DNA of 39,073 nucleotides from a virus (Duplodnaviria; Heunggongvirae; Uroviricota; Caudoviricetes): IMG/VR virus record IMGVR_UViG_2869976549_000001; one strand, 5' to 3'. Shown piece by piece: positions 38,597 to 39,073 of this stretch (position 1 is its first letter; each line of letters starts with the position of its first letter). The notes under the pieces were generated by a model. It saw only the letters and a program-made list of their open reading frames with translations, ran no database searches and was not told where the DNA came from. The position numbers and the translations under genes were made by a program.

Positions 38597-39073
38597 TTAA
38601 CTAAACATCGCAGTAATCGAGGCGCTTGCCAGAGAGTGGAAATGAACGTTAAACCCGACCATCGCGCCGCTGGCACCTTCATCGACATCAATACGTTCTA
38701 TATCCAGCGCGTGAACGGTAAAAATGTAGCGATGAGTTTCGCCTTTCGGCGGTGCTGCGCCATCGTACCCGGTTTTACCAAAGTCGGTACGCGTCTGCAA
38801 AACGCCGTCTGGCATTGCTACCAGACCAGAGCCAAACCCTTGCGGTAATACGCGGGTATCAGCGGGTAAGTTAACAACTACCCAGTGCCACCAGCCGGAG
38901 CCGGTTGGCGCATCCGGGTCGTAGCAGGTGACAACAAAACTTTTCGTTCCCGCAGGAACATCATCCCACGCCAGATGCGGTGAAATATTATCGCCATCGT
39001 AACCCATGCCGTTAAAGACATGACGATGCGGCAATTTATCGCCATCGCGCAGATCGTTACTGATGAGTTTCAT
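38597..39073 (-). CDS. ybhB: PEBP-family protein YbhB
   Basis: Complete 158-aa ORF MKLISNDLRDGDKLPHRHVFNGMGYDGDNISPHLAWDDVPAGTKSF...; the gene flanking attB-lambda on the bio side; ATG is the last codon of the window. Confidence 0.9.
   Translation of the reverse strand: MKLISNDLRDGDKLPHRHVFNGMGYDGDNISPHLAWDDVPAGTKSFVVTCYDPDAPTGSGWWHWVVVNLPADTRVLPQGFGSGLVAMPDGVLQTRTDFGKTGYDGAAPPKGETHRYIFTVHALDIERIDVDEGASGAMVGFNVHFHSLASASITAMFS

Overview
This 39-kb window reads as a Shigella / enteroinvasive E. coli-type chromosomal segment around the lambda attachment site, consisting of heavily IS-eroded prophage DNA. The host backbone is pgl - ybhD - (ybhH/ybhI missing) - 5'-truncated ybhJ - REP cluster - ybhC - attL ... 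attR - ybhB. Between attL (32145) and attR (38507) lies a ~6.4-kb lambdoid prophage remnant: a lambda-type int truncated by IS600, a 5'-truncated side tail fibre gene, a tail-fibre-assembly-like gene, an IpaH-family effector gene (LRR plus E3 ligase domain) and a transposase scrap. The left 24 kb is a second block of rearranged prophage DNA. It carries a Rac-like immunity/replication module on the minus strand (repressor, ydaS, ydaT, ydaU-like initiator, DnaC-like ydaV, a QueH-like Fe-S protein, a Hok toxin) and, on the plus strand, a phage-21-type lysis cassette followed by terminase, portal and head genes. Eleven IS copies from six families are present: IS600 x4, IS2 x2, IS1 x2, IS911, IS630 and an IS110-family element. 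Several insertions can be excised in silico to restore the interrupted phage genes. The most notable points are: a portal gene with two in-frame TAG codons, one of which supplies the CTAG target occupied by IS630; a replication initiator hit by two IS elements 45 bp apart; candidate origin palindromes and operator repeats; and ipaH sitting in the b-region position of the attL-attR remnant. Every identification is from reading the sequence and from recalled family signatures; no database search was run.
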